Positions 28,833 through 39,109 of a DNA stretch of 64,000 nucleotides are shown piece by piece. The notes under the pieces are model-generated. The model was not told the origin of the DNA and did not search any database. It was given only the letters and a program-made list of their open reading frames with translations. Made by a program: the position numbers and the translations under genes. The DNA is from Candidatus Moraniibacteriota bacterium (GTDB taxonomy: Bacteria; Patescibacteriota; Minisyncoccia; Moranbacterales; UBA2206), in the NCBI GenBank assembly GCA_963775955.1, contig CAVZKT010000002.1, positions 160,474 through 224,473 of the forward strand, written 5' to 3'. Position 1 is the stretch's first letter, and each line of letters opens with the position of its first letter.

Positions 28833-29432
28833 ATGTCGGAAGTATTAATCGGCCTTTTTGGCTCAAAAGAAAAAACCAGGTTGTTGCGCTTTTTTTTGCA
28901 AAACCCGGAATTAGAGTATTCCTTGAAGGAAATTGCCAGGCGCAACATGATTAAAGCGAAAGCGACAAAAAAAGAACTGGAAAATTTGAAAAAAATAAAA
29001 TTTATTTTGAAGCGTTCTAAAAAAGGAAAAAACACCTATACGCTTAATCAAAACTTCATTTTCTATCCGGAACTCAAAAATCTTATCGCCAAAAGCAACA
29101 TCTACCCGCAGTCGGGAAGCATGGATAAAATAAAAAATATCGGCAACGTAAAGCTGGCGGTAATCAGCGGAGCTTTTATCAATTATCCGAAAAGCAAGGC
29201 GGATATGATTTTGGTAGCTGACGGAATAAGCCGCGCGAAACTCAAGAACCTCATGAATAGTTTGGAAGCGGAGATCGGGAAAGAAGTTGATTTCGCTTTG
29301 ATGACGATGGAAGAATTTAAATATCGCCTGAATATGCTGGACAAATTTATTCTGGAATTTCTGGAAGGTCCGCATGAGGAAATAATAAATAAAATCACCG
29401 GCCTAAAGCAATTTATCGCTAACAGAAAATAA
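28833..29432 (+). CDS. hypothetical protein (199 aa), possible winged-helix N-terminus
   Basis: ORF only; no confident family. Confidence 0.45.
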   Translation: MSEVLIGLFGSKEKTRLLRFFLQNPELEYSLKEIARRNMIKAKATKKELENLKKIKFILKRSKKGKNTYTLNQNFIFYPELKNLIAKSNIYPQSGSMDKIKNIGNVKLAVISGAFINYPKSKADMILVADGISRAKLKNLMNSLEAEIGKEVDFALMTMEEFKYRLNMLDKFILEFLEGPHEEIINKITGLKQFIANRK

Positions 29433-29433
29433 C

Positions 29434-30522
29434 ATGCTCTATGTCCTAGTCGGTATCCTGGTTTTGATAACCCTGGCTCTGGTCTGGCTGGTTTTTGGTT
29501 TGAAAAAAAAGATGGAAAGCGGGGAAAATGGCGAAAAAACGGCAGCGGTGATGGAACGGCTGGCCATGCTCTCGGAGCAGAACCGTGAATTGCGCCGCAC
29601 CATTGACGGCAAGCTTTCCGAGACTCACCGGGCAACGCAGGAACAGATAAATCACACGATAAAGACGATGCAAGGCATTACCGGCCAATCAGCGCGCCAA
29701 ATCGCGGATGTAGTGGCGGGGCTTACAAAACTTGAAGAAACCAACAAGCAAGTGGTCAATTTTTCGGCGCAACTCCAGAACCTGCAGGATATTTTGAAAA
29801 ATCCGAAACAGAGAGGAGTACTGGGAGAATATTTTTTAGAAGAAACGCTTAAAAATGTTCTGCCGCCCGATGCCTATCAGATGCAGTATGCATTTAAGGA
29901 CGGAGTGATCGTGGACGCCGTGGTCAAAGCGCAAAATAAAATAATTCCGATTGATTCCAAGTTTTCATTGGAAAATTACGAAAAAATATTAAACGCCAAA
30001 GACGCGGAAGAAAGAGAAGGGTGGGAAAAATTATTCAAGCAGGATTTGAAAAACAGAATTGATGAAACATCCAAATACATCAAACCAAACGAGGGGACGA
30101 TGGATTTTGCTTTTATGTTTATTCCATCCGAAGCCATATATTACGATCTCCTGGTAAATAAGGTCGGCGCGGCGCAAATCAACACGCGCGACCTGATCGA
30201 GTATGCTTTCAGGGACAAAAAAGTGATTATTGTTTCTCCAACCTCCTTTTTTGCTTACTTGCAAACGGTTATGCAGGGATTGCGTGCCCTAAAAATAGAA
30301 GAAAGCGCCAAGCAAATTCGCGCCAATGTTGAAAAACTGGGTAAGCATATTTTAAGCTTTGAAGATTTTATGAAAAAAGTGGGCGGCAGCCTGGGAACTA
30401 CCGTCAATCATTTTAATTCCGCCTATAAAGAGTTGGGCAAAATTGACAAAGACGTGGTCAAAATCACTGAAGGCGAAAAAACCATAGAACCGGCGCTTTT
30501 AGATAAACCGCAAAGCGAATAA
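29434..30522 (+). CDS. rmuC: DNA recombination protein RmuC
   Basis: N-terminal TM, coiled coil, then GVLGEYFLEETLKNVLPPDAYQMQYAFKDGVIVDAVVKAQNKIIPIDSKFSLENY, typical of RmuC. Confidence 0.8.
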   Translation: MLYVLVGILVLITLALVWLVFGLKKKMESGENGEKTAAVMERLAMLSEQNRELRRTIDGKLSETHRATQEQINHTIKTMQGITGQSARQIADVVAGLTKLEETNKQVVNFSAQLQNLQDILKNPKQRGVLGEYFLEETLKNVLPPDAYQMQYAFKDGVIVDAVVKAQNKIIPIDSKFSLENYEKILNAKDAEEREGWEKLFKQDLKNRIDETSKYIKPNEGTMDFAFMFIPSEAIYYDLLVNKVGAAQINTRDLIEYAFRDKKVIIVSPTSFFAYLQTVMQGLRALKIEESAKQIRANVEKLGKHILSFEDFMKKVGGSLGTTVNHFNSAYKELGKIDKDVVKITEGEKTIEPALLDKPQSE

Positions 30523-30525
30523 ACA

Positions 30526-30939
30526 ATGATAGGGGAAAGCTCAAAAAATAAAGGCAGGAGCCTTAACCTGAAGAAAAAAATCAGGTCTTTTTTTGCGCGG
30601 GAATATTTCAAAAGCCATATTGTCCGTTGGCTCTTGGCGTTTATTGGCATGGCCAATCTGGCCAACTGGGCGGCGCTTAAAATTTTTGTCCAGCCGGTTG
30701 ACTTGCCGATAATTCTGCACTATAATGTTTATTTCGGAGTGGATATGCTGGGCGGCTGGAAAAACCTGTTTTTACTGCCGGCGGTAGGCCTGATTTTATT
30801 TCTAATTAATTTTTTTCTTTCCATCCATTTTTATAAAAGAAAAGAAAGAATCGCAAGCTACCTGCTTCTGATGGCGACACTAATGATCCAGCTAAGCCTG
30901 ATTGTCGCTTCGGCCAGCGTGATAATAATTAATTATTAA
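30526..30939 (+). CDS. hypothetical integral membrane protein (137 aa)
   Basis: Four hydrophobic segments. Confidence 0.45.
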   Translation: MIGESSKNKGRSLNLKKKIRSFFAREYFKSHIVRWLLAFIGMANLANWAALKIFVQPVDLPIILHYNVYFGVDMLGGWKNLFLLPAVGLILFLINFFLSIHFYKRKERIASYLLLMATLMIQLSLIVASASVIIINY

Positions 30940-30961
30940 CACATGACACATAGCACATAAC

Positions 30962-32656
30962 ATGTTTAATTTTCCTAACCCAAAAACTACCGAGCCGAAA
31001 GAGAGAAGGGCGCAAAGAATTCTGGAAATAATTCCGGGCGTTTTAACTTGGACGACTTTTTTAGGCATGATAATTTTTTCTTTCTGGTTGCCGGTATGGG
31101 TGGCGGTTTTTGTCATCATTTTCGATATTTACTGGATTTTTCGGACCATTTTTATCGCTTCTTATTCTGTTGCCGGATACCGCAAGCTTAAGGAAGGCAA
31201 AAAAATTGACTGGTGGGAAAGGTGCCAGAATATTTCAGATCCGGCAAAATATAGGGAAGTGATAAAAGAAAAAATAGGCCATATGCAAAATGTCCTCAAA
31301 GACGGGAAATTTATAAAGCGCCGGGAGAAAAAAATTTTGATGCGGGAAATAAGCAGGCAGGAAAAATATCTCAAAGAGGTAGAGTGTTTGCGAAAAATTA
31401 AAGACCAAATACTGGATTGGCGGGAAATTATCCATGTGGTTATGCTGCCTACGGCCGGTGAGCCGGCGGAGATTATTGAGCCGGCGATTCAATCAGTAGC
31501 CAACGCCAATTTTCCTAACCGCCAGATTATAATTCTTTTGGCCACGGAAGGGCGTGAGGCAGAAAAACACAGGCTGAAAAAAATTGAATATCTTAAAAAC
31601 AAATTCTCGGGAATATTCCGGGATTTTATCGTGACTACCCATATTGTGAGCCCCGGAGAAATAAAATGCAAAGCTTCCAACGCCACTTTTGCTGCCAGAG
31701 AACTTATAAAATATCTGGACGAACGCCAAATAGACTATAAAAAAGTTGTGTTTTCCAACTTTGACTGCGACACTGTGGTTCATCCGGAATATTTTGCCGC
31801 CCTCACCTACGCTTATATTACCGAGCCTAAACGGCTGCAAATGGCCTATCAGCCCCTGCCGATGTATCATAACAATCTTTGGGATACCAATGCGTTTGTG
31901 CGGGTTATTGTGACTGGTTCGAGTTTCTGGCACATATTTCAAAGCACCCGGCCGGAATATATGGTCACTTTTTCTTCCCACAGCGAGCCTTTTGACACGC
32001 TGGCGAAAGTGAATTTTTGGCCGGTGAATATGATTAGTGAAGACTCAATAATTTATTGGAAATGCTTTGCATATTTTAACGGAAATTATAAAGTCAAGCC
32101 GATCTATCTGCCTGTTTCTTTGGACGCAGTGTTGGCGGAGTCCTATTGGAAAACAATTGTCAATCAATACAAGCAAAAACGGCGCTGGTCTTACGGCATT
32201 GAAAATTTTCCGGTAATCATGCGGTCGCTTTTTCCGAATAAAAAAATCAGCTTGGTAAAAAAAGCGCGAGTGGCCATTGAAATGCTGGAAGGGCATCATT
32301 CCTGGGCGACAGCGCCGTTTATTCTGGCAATCCTGGGATGGCTGCCGCTGATTGTCGGAGGAGATGTGTTCGGGCAAAGCGTTCTGGCGCATAATCTCCC
32401 GCTGATGACCAGAAATCTTATGAATCTCGCTATGCTGGGCCTGATTGTTTCCGTTTCTCTGAGTTTTCTGCTGATGCCTCCTCGGCCCAAAAAATATTCC
32501 AAGTGGCGGAATATTTATATGGTTTTGCAATGGGTGCTGGTTCCGGTTTCCGCCCCCTTCCTGGGCGCGATGCCGGCCGTTGAATCCCAGACTCGGCTCA
32601 TGCTGGGAAAATATTTCGGTGAATTTTGGGTAACTGAAAAAATAAGAAAACGATGA
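30962..32656 (+). CDS. processive family-2 glycosyltransferase (cellulose/chitin/hyaluronan synthase-like; QxxRW motif)
   Basis: N-terminal TMs. ...NFDCDTVVHPEYF (DxD region) ... QKRRWSYG (QxxRW). C-terminal TM bundle. Confidence 0.7.
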   Translation: MFNFPNPKTTEPKERRAQRILEIIPGVLTWTTFLGMIIFSFWLPVWVAVFVIIFDIYWIFRTIFIASYSVAGYRKLKEGKKIDWWERCQNISDPAKYREVIKEKIGHMQNVLKDGKFIKRREKKILMREISRQEKYLKEVECLRKIKDQILDWREIIHVVMLPTAGEPAEIIEPAIQSVANANFPNRQIIILLATEGREAEKHRLKKIEYLKNKFSGIFRDFIVTTHIVSPGEIKCKASNATFAARELIKYLDERQIDYKKVVFSNFDCDTVVHPEYFAALTYAYITEPKRLQMAYQPLPMYHNNLWDTNAFVRVIVTGSSFWHIFQSTRPEYMVTFSSHSEPFDTLAKVNFWPVNMISEDSIIYWKCFAYFNGNYKVKPIYLPVSLDAVLAESYWKTIVNQYKQKRRWSYGIENFPVIMRSLFPNKKISLVKKARVAIEMLEGHHSWATAPFILAILGWLPLIVGGDVFGQSVLAHNLPLMTRNLMNLAMLGLIVSVSLSFLLMPPRPKKYSKWRNIYMVLQWVLVPVSAPFLGAMPAVESQTRLMLGKYFGEFWVTEKIRKR

Positions 32657-32657
32657 C

Positions 32658-32716
32658 CCCGGTTAAATTTTCCCTGCCTGCCGGCAGGCAGACGCCCCGG
32701 GTGGAATTTAACAGGG
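32658..32716. repeat. Family B hairpin element copy B4 (CCGGTTAAATT ... AATTTAACAGGG) containing GC palindrome cctgcctgccggcaggcag (32673-32691)
   Basis: Inverted termini plus the conserved GC palindrome. Lies between the GT2 stop and the next start. Confidence 0.6.
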
Positions 32717-32724
32717 TAAATTAA

Positions 32725-33756
32725 ATGATTAAATACTCGGTTCCATTTCTAGTATCCTTCCTGATTACGGTTTTTTTGATTGTCCTGGGAATATATCTTG
32801 GTAAAAAAATCAAATGGGACGGTCGGATTTCTTCCCGGCATATTCATCGCGCGGGAGTGAAGCGTCTGGGCGGAATGGTTATGGTAGCCGCGTTCAATCT
32901 GGCGATACTCTTAAACAAAGATCTGGTAATTACGCCGGAACTCTATGGAGTAATGGCGGCTTCGCTGGTTTTGCTTTTAGTCGGCGTATGGGATGACATC
33001 AGGGAGCTTTATTGGAAGGTCCAATTTTTCTTTCAAGTGGCCTTGGCTGTCATAGTTTTCATCATGGGGGTCAGGATTTATTTTGTTACTAACCCGCTGA
33101 CGGGCGGAATTTTGAATTTAGATTCGGGAATAGGCGTGGTTTTTTCTATAGCGCTGGTTATTTCATGGATTATTTTAATGATAAATTCAATGAATTGGCT
33201 GGACGGAATTGACGGACTTTCCGGGGGCATTACCTTTATTGGGGCTTTCACGATCTTTTTTTTAAGCCTTAGGCCTGAAGTCAATCAGCCTCCAATGGCG
33301 ATTCTTTCCATAATTGTGGCGGGCGCTGCTCTGGGTTTTCTTATTTTTAATTTCAACCCCTCGCGGATCTTGGCTGGAACCTCCGGTTCAATGTTTATGG
33401 GTTTTATTTTGGCGGTTCTGGCGATTTTTGCCGGCACAAAAATCGCGACTTCAATTATGGTTATGGCTATTCCCGTCATTGACTGCATCTGGGTTATTGG
33501 AGAAAGAATCAAAAACAAAAAATCGATTTTCAAGCCGGACAAGATGCATTTACACCACAAGCTGTTGGAATTGGGGTGGTCGCAAAAGAAGATCGCTTTC
33601 TATTTCTATGGTGTAACAAGTTTAATTGCAGTTGTGGCGTTAAATACCAGGTTTATCGGGAAAACAATAACTCTTTTGGCGGCAGCCGCGATTATGGCCG
33701 TTTTTTTGCTGATAATCAACAGAAAAATGTCCGGCAAGCCCAAAATCGCCCAATGA
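32725..33756 (+). CDS. polyprenyl-phosphate N-acetylhexosamine-1-phosphate transferase of the MraY/WecA family
   Basis: VGVWDDIREL; NSMNWLDGIDGLSGG (NxxNxxDGIDGL); FNFNPSRILAGTSGSMFMGFILAVL. Confidence 0.75.
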   Translation: MIKYSVPFLVSFLITVFLIVLGIYLGKKIKWDGRISSRHIHRAGVKRLGGMVMVAAFNLAILLNKDLVITPELYGVMAASLVLLLVGVWDDIRELYWKVQFFFQVALAVIVFIMGVRIYFVTNPLTGGILNLDSGIGVVFSIALVISWIILMINSMNWLDGIDGLSGGITFIGAFTIFFLSLRPEVNQPPMAILSIIVAGAALGFLIFNFNPSRILAGTSGSMFMGFILAVLAIFAGTKIATSIMVMAIPVIDCIWVIGERIKNKKSIFKPDKMHLHHKLLELGWSQKKIAFYFYGVTSLIAVVALNTRFIGKTITLLAAAAIMAVFLLIINRKMSGKPKIAQ

Positions 33757-34220
33757 AAAAAATATATTTAGCAATTTTTTTGGCTCTGGCTGTTATTTTA
33801 GCAGCTGTTTCCTGGTTTTTAATAAGGGGAAAAACAATAAACCCCCGGTCTTCCCGGTCTGGAAACACAGTTAAAGAAATCCAAATTAATGGTAAAAATT
33901 TTTCGGCGGAAATCGCTGCAACTCCCGAAAAAAGAGCGCTGGGGCTTTCAGGCCGGCGGGAATTGTGCCAGGATTGCGCCATGCTGTTTATTTTTGAAAA
34001 ATCGGGCAATTTTTCTTTCTGGATGAAAGATATGCTGTTTGATCTGGATATCATTTGGATTGCGGGTGATGAAATCGCAAGTATCAATAAAAATGTTTTC
34101 CATGAGCGGGGAAGCGCGGAAGTCGTCCACCCGCGAATTCCAGTGGACAAAGTACTGGAGATTAATGCCGGTATCAGTGACCAGCTGAATTTAAAGGTGG
34201 GGGATAAAGTTGAGCTTTAG
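33753..34220 (+). CDS. DUF192-family protein (signal-anchored)
   Basis: ATGA overlap with the upstream gene. ...AEIAATPEKRALGLSGRRELCQDCAMLFIFE...MLFDLDIIWI matches the DUF192/COG1430 pattern. Confidence 0.6.
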   Translation: MKKIYLAIFLALAVILAAVSWFLIRGKTINPRSSRSGNTVKEIQINGKNFSAEIAATPEKRALGLSGRRELCQDCAMLFIFEKSGNFSFWMKDMLFDLDIIWIAGDEIASINKNVFHERGSAEVVHPRIPVDKVLEINAGISDQLNLKVGDKVEL

Positions 34221-34350
34221 ATTGAGATATAAAACGCAAAAACCTGCCGAAGAGGCAGGTCTTGCTATTGGAAAGTAGTAATATACTCAAATTTCTCAAA
34301 AGAACATTAGATTTTTTTTGTGTTTTTCCGGTTTGAATGTTTCAGGAAAA

Positions 34351-34605
34351 TCAAGACAAAGACGGCACCAGCACTGCGTATTTGTGCAAATTATTAAGTT
34401 GTTTTTCGTTCAGGTTTTTGGAGTTTGCAATTGCTTTTTGAATCAAATCTTTGGAAAATTCTAATGAAGTTCCAACGAAGACTCGCTGGGGCGGCACATT
34501 CTTTCTGAGAAAATCCTCAATATAAATCTTGTGTTCCGGAGTCAGGGCTGAATCAGGATTTTTTTCCAGATAGTTCGCTAGCGCTCTGCGAGCTAATTTT
34601 GTCAT
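34351..34605 (-). CDS. hypothetical small protein (84 aa)
   Basis: ORF only. Confidence 0.35.
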   Translation of the reverse strand: MTKLARRALANYLEKNPDSALTPEHKIYIEDFLRKNVPPQRVFVGTSLEFSKDLIQKAIANSKNLNEKQLNNLHKYAVLVPSLS

Positions 34606-34693
34606 ACTGTCTCCCTTGCCTGCGGTTTCAACAAAAGATTTTTCAGTTTCCTGGCTGGTAGCGGCGGCAATTACCTGCTTTTCTTCCTTACTT

Positions 34694-34936
34694 TCAGTTG
34701 TAGCCGCTTCGTTTTCGCGAAATTATGCTTTCTCCATTAACTTCTCCTTGTGAAGTCATTTCCTGGCTGGCCAACTCTTGAGATGGCGACTGGCTTCTCT
34801 TAGAATAGGAATAAATTCCTCCGGCAATTGCAACAACGATTAATATGCTGATAATAATGCGGAGATTGTCCTGGAGCCATTGTTTTGCTTTTCCCGTTTC
34901 AATTTCTGTTTTTTGTTCATTTTCCATTTGTTTCAC
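34694..34936 (-). CDS. hypothetical small membrane protein (80 aa)
   Basis: One TM helix IIISILIVVAIAGGIY. Confidence 0.35.
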   Translation of the reverse strand: MKQMENEQKTEIETGKAKQWLQDNLRIIISILIVVAIAGGIYSYSKRSQSPSQELASQEMTSQGEVNGESIISRKRSGYN

Positions 34937-34948
34937 CTTCCTTTCTAG

Positions 34949-35005
34949 TTTGCCCTGTTAAATACCGCAAAGCGGTAATCCCGAGTGCTCGGGATTATTT
35001 AATGG
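34949..35005. repeat. Family B-like hairpin element (CCCTGTTAAATA ... TTATTTAATGGGG)
   Basis: Inverted termini related to B2/B3. Internal hairpin atcccgagtgctcgggat. Confidence 0.5.
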
Positions 35006-35841
35006 GGTGAAAATTATTAATGCTTGCCCCGCACCAATTTTTGTAAAAACTTCCGTAATTAATTGTCAGAGCCGATAGGTGGCTTCGCCTTTGGGCTATG
35101 CAATAATTCATAGCTTTGTTTGAAATTGGTGCCGGGGTGAACTTTCATTGAAGCTTGTCTTTGAATTTTAGCAAAACAGGAAACCGCGTCAACTGGACAA
35201 AAACGCTTGTCTAGGGCATAATATTGGGATAAAATCTCAAATCCTAAATCTTAAATCCCAAATAAATCCCAATTTCCAAAATCCGAAATTTTTTTAATTA
35301 TCCGATAAAAAGTTTTTAATTTTGAAAATTATAATTTTGAATTTATTTAGATTTTATAATTTTGAATTTGTTATTTTTAAACCAGAAATGAAAAATTATT
35401 AGAATAAAAACACGGTTTGTTTGTAATAATTTATGAAGTTTGGTAAAAATACTACCTGTGGATAACTTTCTTGCTATTGCAAAATAAAAAAATATGGTGT
35501 ATAATTAAAAGCAAGTAAAATTATTTTATCAAAATAATTTTATGAAAAATAAAAATCAGGTCGAACAAAAAACATTAAAATACCAACTCAAGGCGAATTT
35601 CGCCAAACAGTAAAAAAAATAGAAAGGACGGTGAAACAAAATGGCAAAAAAGAAAAAGGCTGCAAAAAAGAAAAAGAAAGGTGGAAAAAAGAAAAAGAGA
35701 TAGTCTTTTGTAGCTAATCCCGGCCTGCTTCTGCTCGGCACTAATAGGGTGCAAGCACTTGGTAGGCTGGAAAATATATTATCAACTTTTGGTTTTTAAA
35801 CTGCTTTTTAGCAAAAAAGATCAATTGTTATAAAGCAAAAA

Positions 35842-35875
35842 ACCCTTGAAATTTCAGGGTTTTTTGCTTTTGAAA
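35842..35875. terminator. bidirectional intrinsic terminator (aaaaaacccugaaauuucaggguuuuuug)
   Basis: Perfect hairpin flanked by an A-run and a U-run. Confidence 0.6.
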
Positions 35876-35993
35876 AGGCTTTTTATACCGTTACAACTTA
35901 AACAATTCTAATTATATTATATAGAAAATCCACTAGACAGGGTCAATGTATTAATATAAAACTGGCATGAATTAAGTTGTAACGGCATTAAAT

Positions 35994-36875
35994 TTAAAAG
36001 ACAATCCTGCAGACCCGCCATTTGCCAGCCATGTCTTTTTTAAACTCAAGTTTGGCGCCTGGCAGGATGAAAGCCGCTAGCTTTGTAAGAGCAGGTTTTT
36101 GTTCAGGACTAATTTCCATGAAACATGAAACATGAAACATGAAACATTTACTTTTTATTTTTTTTATTTGTTTTAAAAGTTTTGTGTAATGTCCTAAACC
36201 GCTCTGCGAACTAAATAAGGCGGATTTTGGCTCGAAATTTTTAACATCCCGCGGAGTTGAATTATAAATTTCTTTTGAAAGGTAGGGAAGATTTGCCAGG
36301 ATAATTAAATTGCTACATTGTTGTATTGTTGAATTGTTACTAAGTTTTTTGTTTTTTAGCAGATCAGATTTTAAAAAAGTAATATTTTTATCCACTTTAT
36401 GTTTCCTGGCGTTATGTTTTGCAACCAAGAGGGCTTTATTAGAAATATCAATGCCAAAAAATCTCATATTGTTCCATGTTCCATGTTTTATGTTATGTGC
36501 CAAGGATGTTATTATATTTCCGCTGCCGGTGCCAACATCTATAATAGTTTTTGGTTTGTAGTTTTTGGTTTGTAGCTCCTTGATAGCTAATTCTACTAAT
36601 AATTCAGTTTCGGGGCGGGGGATGAGCGTGTGTCTGTTTACCTTAAAATCAAGCCCAAAAAACTCCTTGCGGCCTAAAATATAGGCCAAAGGCTCTCCGC
36701 GTCTGCGGCGAGCCAGCAAGTTTTTAGTTTTTAGTTTCTGGTTTTTAGTGAGGTTGTGTTCCGGATGGGCTAAAACAAACTCACGAGTTTTTCCAATCTC
36801 GTGAGCGATTATGAGCTCCAAATCCAGAGCGTCAATTTTGTTATGATATTTTTTGCAAATTTCTCTTATTGTCAT
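35994..36875 (-). CDS. prmC: release factor glutamine methyltransferase PrmC (HemK) with in-frame low-complexity insertions
   Basis: HTLIPRPETELLVE; IIDVGTGSGNI; NLPY (NPPY-like). Inserts encoded by ggtttgtagtttttggtttgtag, gtttttagtttctggtttttag and catgaaacatgaaacatgaaacat repeats. Confidence 0.8.
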   Translation of the reverse strand: MTIREICKKYHNKIDALDLELIIAHEIGKTREFVLAHPEHNLTKNQKLKTKNLLARRRRGEPLAYILGRKEFFGLDFKVNRHTLIPRPETELLVELAIKELQTKNYKPKTIIDVGTGSGNIITSLAHNIKHGTWNNMRFFGIDISNKALLVAKHNARKHKVDKNITFLKSDLLKNKKLSNNSTIQQCSNLIILANLPYLSKEIYNSTPRDVKNFEPKSALFSSQSGLGHYTKLLKQIKKIKSKCFMFHVSCFMEISPEQKPALTKLAAFILPGAKLEFKKDMAGKWRVCRIVF

Positions 36876-37961
36876 TTGGCCATTTTCAATTTTATATCTT
36901 CATCGGCCAGAGCGGTAATAATGTCTTCAATATTTCCGTCCAGAATACCGATGGCAAATTGCTCCAGCTCTGCTTAATCGCGGTGGTCGGTGACGCGGTC
37001 CTGCGGGAAAATTATAAGTCCTAATTTTTTCACTGCGGTCGCCGGTGCCAATTTGGTTTTTTCTGACGTCGCCCGTTTCTTTGGCTCTTTTTTCTTCTTC
37101 CGCCTGCAATAACCGCGAACGCAAAACTTTCATGGCCTTATCCTTGTTTTTAAGCTGGGATTTTTCGTCCTGGCAGCTAACTATTAATCCGGTGGGAATA
37201 TGGGTGATACGCACGGCGCTTTTAGTGGTGTTTACTGACTGTCCGCCCGGGCCGGAAGAGCAAAAAGTGTCAATTCTCAGGTCTTTTTCTTCAATTTTAA
37301 GCTCTACTTCTTCAGCTTGGGGGAGGACTGCCACCGTAGCGGTGGAAGTATGGATTCGTCCCGATTTTTCTGTTTCCGGAATTCTTTGCACGCGGTGCAC
37401 GCCGGATTCATATTTCATCTTACTGAATACATCTTTTCCATTTATTTCAAAAGTAGCTTCCTTGAAACCGCCGATTCCAATGGTACTCGAATTTAAAAGC
37501 GCCGTTTTCCAGCCGTTTTTTTCGGCATAATGGCTGTACATGCGGAAAAGATCCGCCGCAAAAAGGGCGGACTCGTCTCCGCCGGCGCCGGCGCGAATTT
37601 CTACAATGACATCTTTGGAGTCATTTGGGTCTTTGGGAATCAGAATTTTTTCCAGTTCTTTTTCCAGCTTCGCTTTTCTTTCTGAAAGTTTGATATTTTC
37701 GTCCATGGCCATTTGTTTAAGCTCGCCGTCTTCCTCTGAGTTTATAATTTTGGCGTTTTCTTTCATTTCCCTTTCTGTCTTCTCGTATTCATTAATAACA
37801 TTCACGACTTCGGCCAGTTCCGCCTGTCTTTTGCCAAGTTCCGCCATAATTTTCCGATCAGAAACCACCTCGGGATCGGCGAGTTTTTCCTGGATTTCGG
37901 CGTATTCTTTTTTAATCTCGTCGATTTGGTTACGCATATTGATAAAAATACCATAATACAC
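36872..37961 (-). CDS. prfA: peptide chain release factor 1 (PrfA); C-terminal region carries a 1-nt frameshift (~36990-36998) and an in-frame TAA (36974-36976) before the conserved last ~33 codons, whose stop overlaps the prmC start (ATGA)
   Basis: [39 protein letters not shown] (GGQ). Frame C gives [44 protein letters not shown] ending at 36872. Confidence 0.75.
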
Positions 37962-37994
37962 TTTGTTGCGGCCGTACGATAATGTATTTTCTAT

Positions 37995-38816
37995 TTACTC
38001 TAGAGGGCTTTTAATTCTTTTTAAATTAGGGTTGGTAACTTTTGTGTATAACTGGGTTGTGCGGATATTTTGGTGTCCCAGTAATTCCTGCACATATCTC
38101 ACATCCACGCCATTTTCTAATAAATGAGTGGCAAAGCTGTGGCGCAGGCTGTGGAAAGTGGCGTCTTTTTCTATTCTAGCTCTTTTCAGCGCTTTTTCAA
38201 AGACCAGTTGGGCCGTCCTTTCGGTGAGTTTTCCGCCGCGCTCGGACTCAAAAACATATTCATTGCCATGCTGGAGCGCCATAAGTTCAGAAAGATCCGC
38301 CTTTAATTTTTCCGGAAAAACGGTAATCCGATCTTTATTTCCCTTGGCGTTTTTTAAATGGACTGTTAATTCATTCAGGTTTATATCCCTGATTCTCAGG
38401 TTTACAGCTTCGCTGACGCGCAGTCCGGCGCCATAAGAAAGGGAAATGAGCAATTTATGCTTTCTGTTTTCAATTGAATCGATAATTTTTTCTATTTCAG
38501 CCCGCGAAAGCACTACCGGCAGTTTTTTAGAGGTTTTGGCGAATTTAATGTCTATGCGGATCCGGCTTCTGTATATTTCCCGGTAAAAATATTTAATGGC
38601 GTTGAGATGTAAATTGATCGTCTGTGGTGATTGCCCGCGCGCCTGTTTTTTCAGGAGATATTTTTTAAGCAGGGGAATATCCGGGTCTCGCTTTACTACT
38701 TTTATGTAACTGAAATAGTCTGCCAGACAGCCCAAATAACTTTCAATCGTCCGGGGACTATAATTTCGCAATTTCAACTCATCTTTAATTTTACCCAAAA
38801 GCTCTTTTAAGTCCAT
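37995..38816 (-). CDS. tyrosine site-specific recombinase (XerC/XerD / phage-integrase family)
   Basis: 273 aa. GLRVSE (R), HSLRHSFATHLL (HxxR), LLGHQNIRTTQLYTKV (H...Y) catalytic signature, intact. Confidence 0.85.
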   Translation of the reverse strand: MDLKELLGKIKDELKLRNYSPRTIESYLGCLADYFSYIKVVKRDPDIPLLKKYLLKKQARGQSPQTINLHLNAIKYFYREIYRSRIRIDIKFAKTSKKLPVVLSRAEIEKIIDSIENRKHKLLISLSYGAGLRVSEAVNLRIRDINLNELTVHLKNAKGNKDRITVFPEKLKADLSELMALQHGNEYVFESERGGKLTERTAQLVFEKALKRARIEKDATFHSLRHSFATHLLENGVDVRYVQELLGHQNIRTTQLYTKVTNPNLKRIKSPLE

Positions 38817-38954
38817 GCCTTTTATGCTATAATTATTCCAGTGAAGTAATTATATCACACTTACAATATACTTCGCAATACCATCAAATTTAAGCATATT
38901 AACCAACATTAATTCGCATAAAAAAGAGTTAGCTGAAATATTCCTTTTCTTTTC

Positions 38955-38988
38955 TGGGCTATCGCCCAAATTGTTTTAAAAAATTTTC
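38955..38988. repeat. left 34-bp inverted repeat (aaattgttttaaaaaattttcaaatttctttttc)
   Basis: Perfect reverse complement of 42177-42210. Confidence 0.9.
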
Positions 38989-39109
38989 AAATTTCTTTTT
39001 CATTAATTAAAGAGGGGTAATAAGGTGTTTTCTCCGCTCCGCTACGAAAACGATTTATTTACAAGGGGAAAACGAATATAATAATACTAAACTAATCTTA
39101 AAAAATACT

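Noticed and set aside
35641-35703. The K-rich 20-codon ORF as a ribosomal protein or a known basic peptide.
   Set aside because: No match to any ribosomal protein family I recognise. The RBS spacing is poor and the sequence lies in a repeat-rich region. Reported only as a curiosity.
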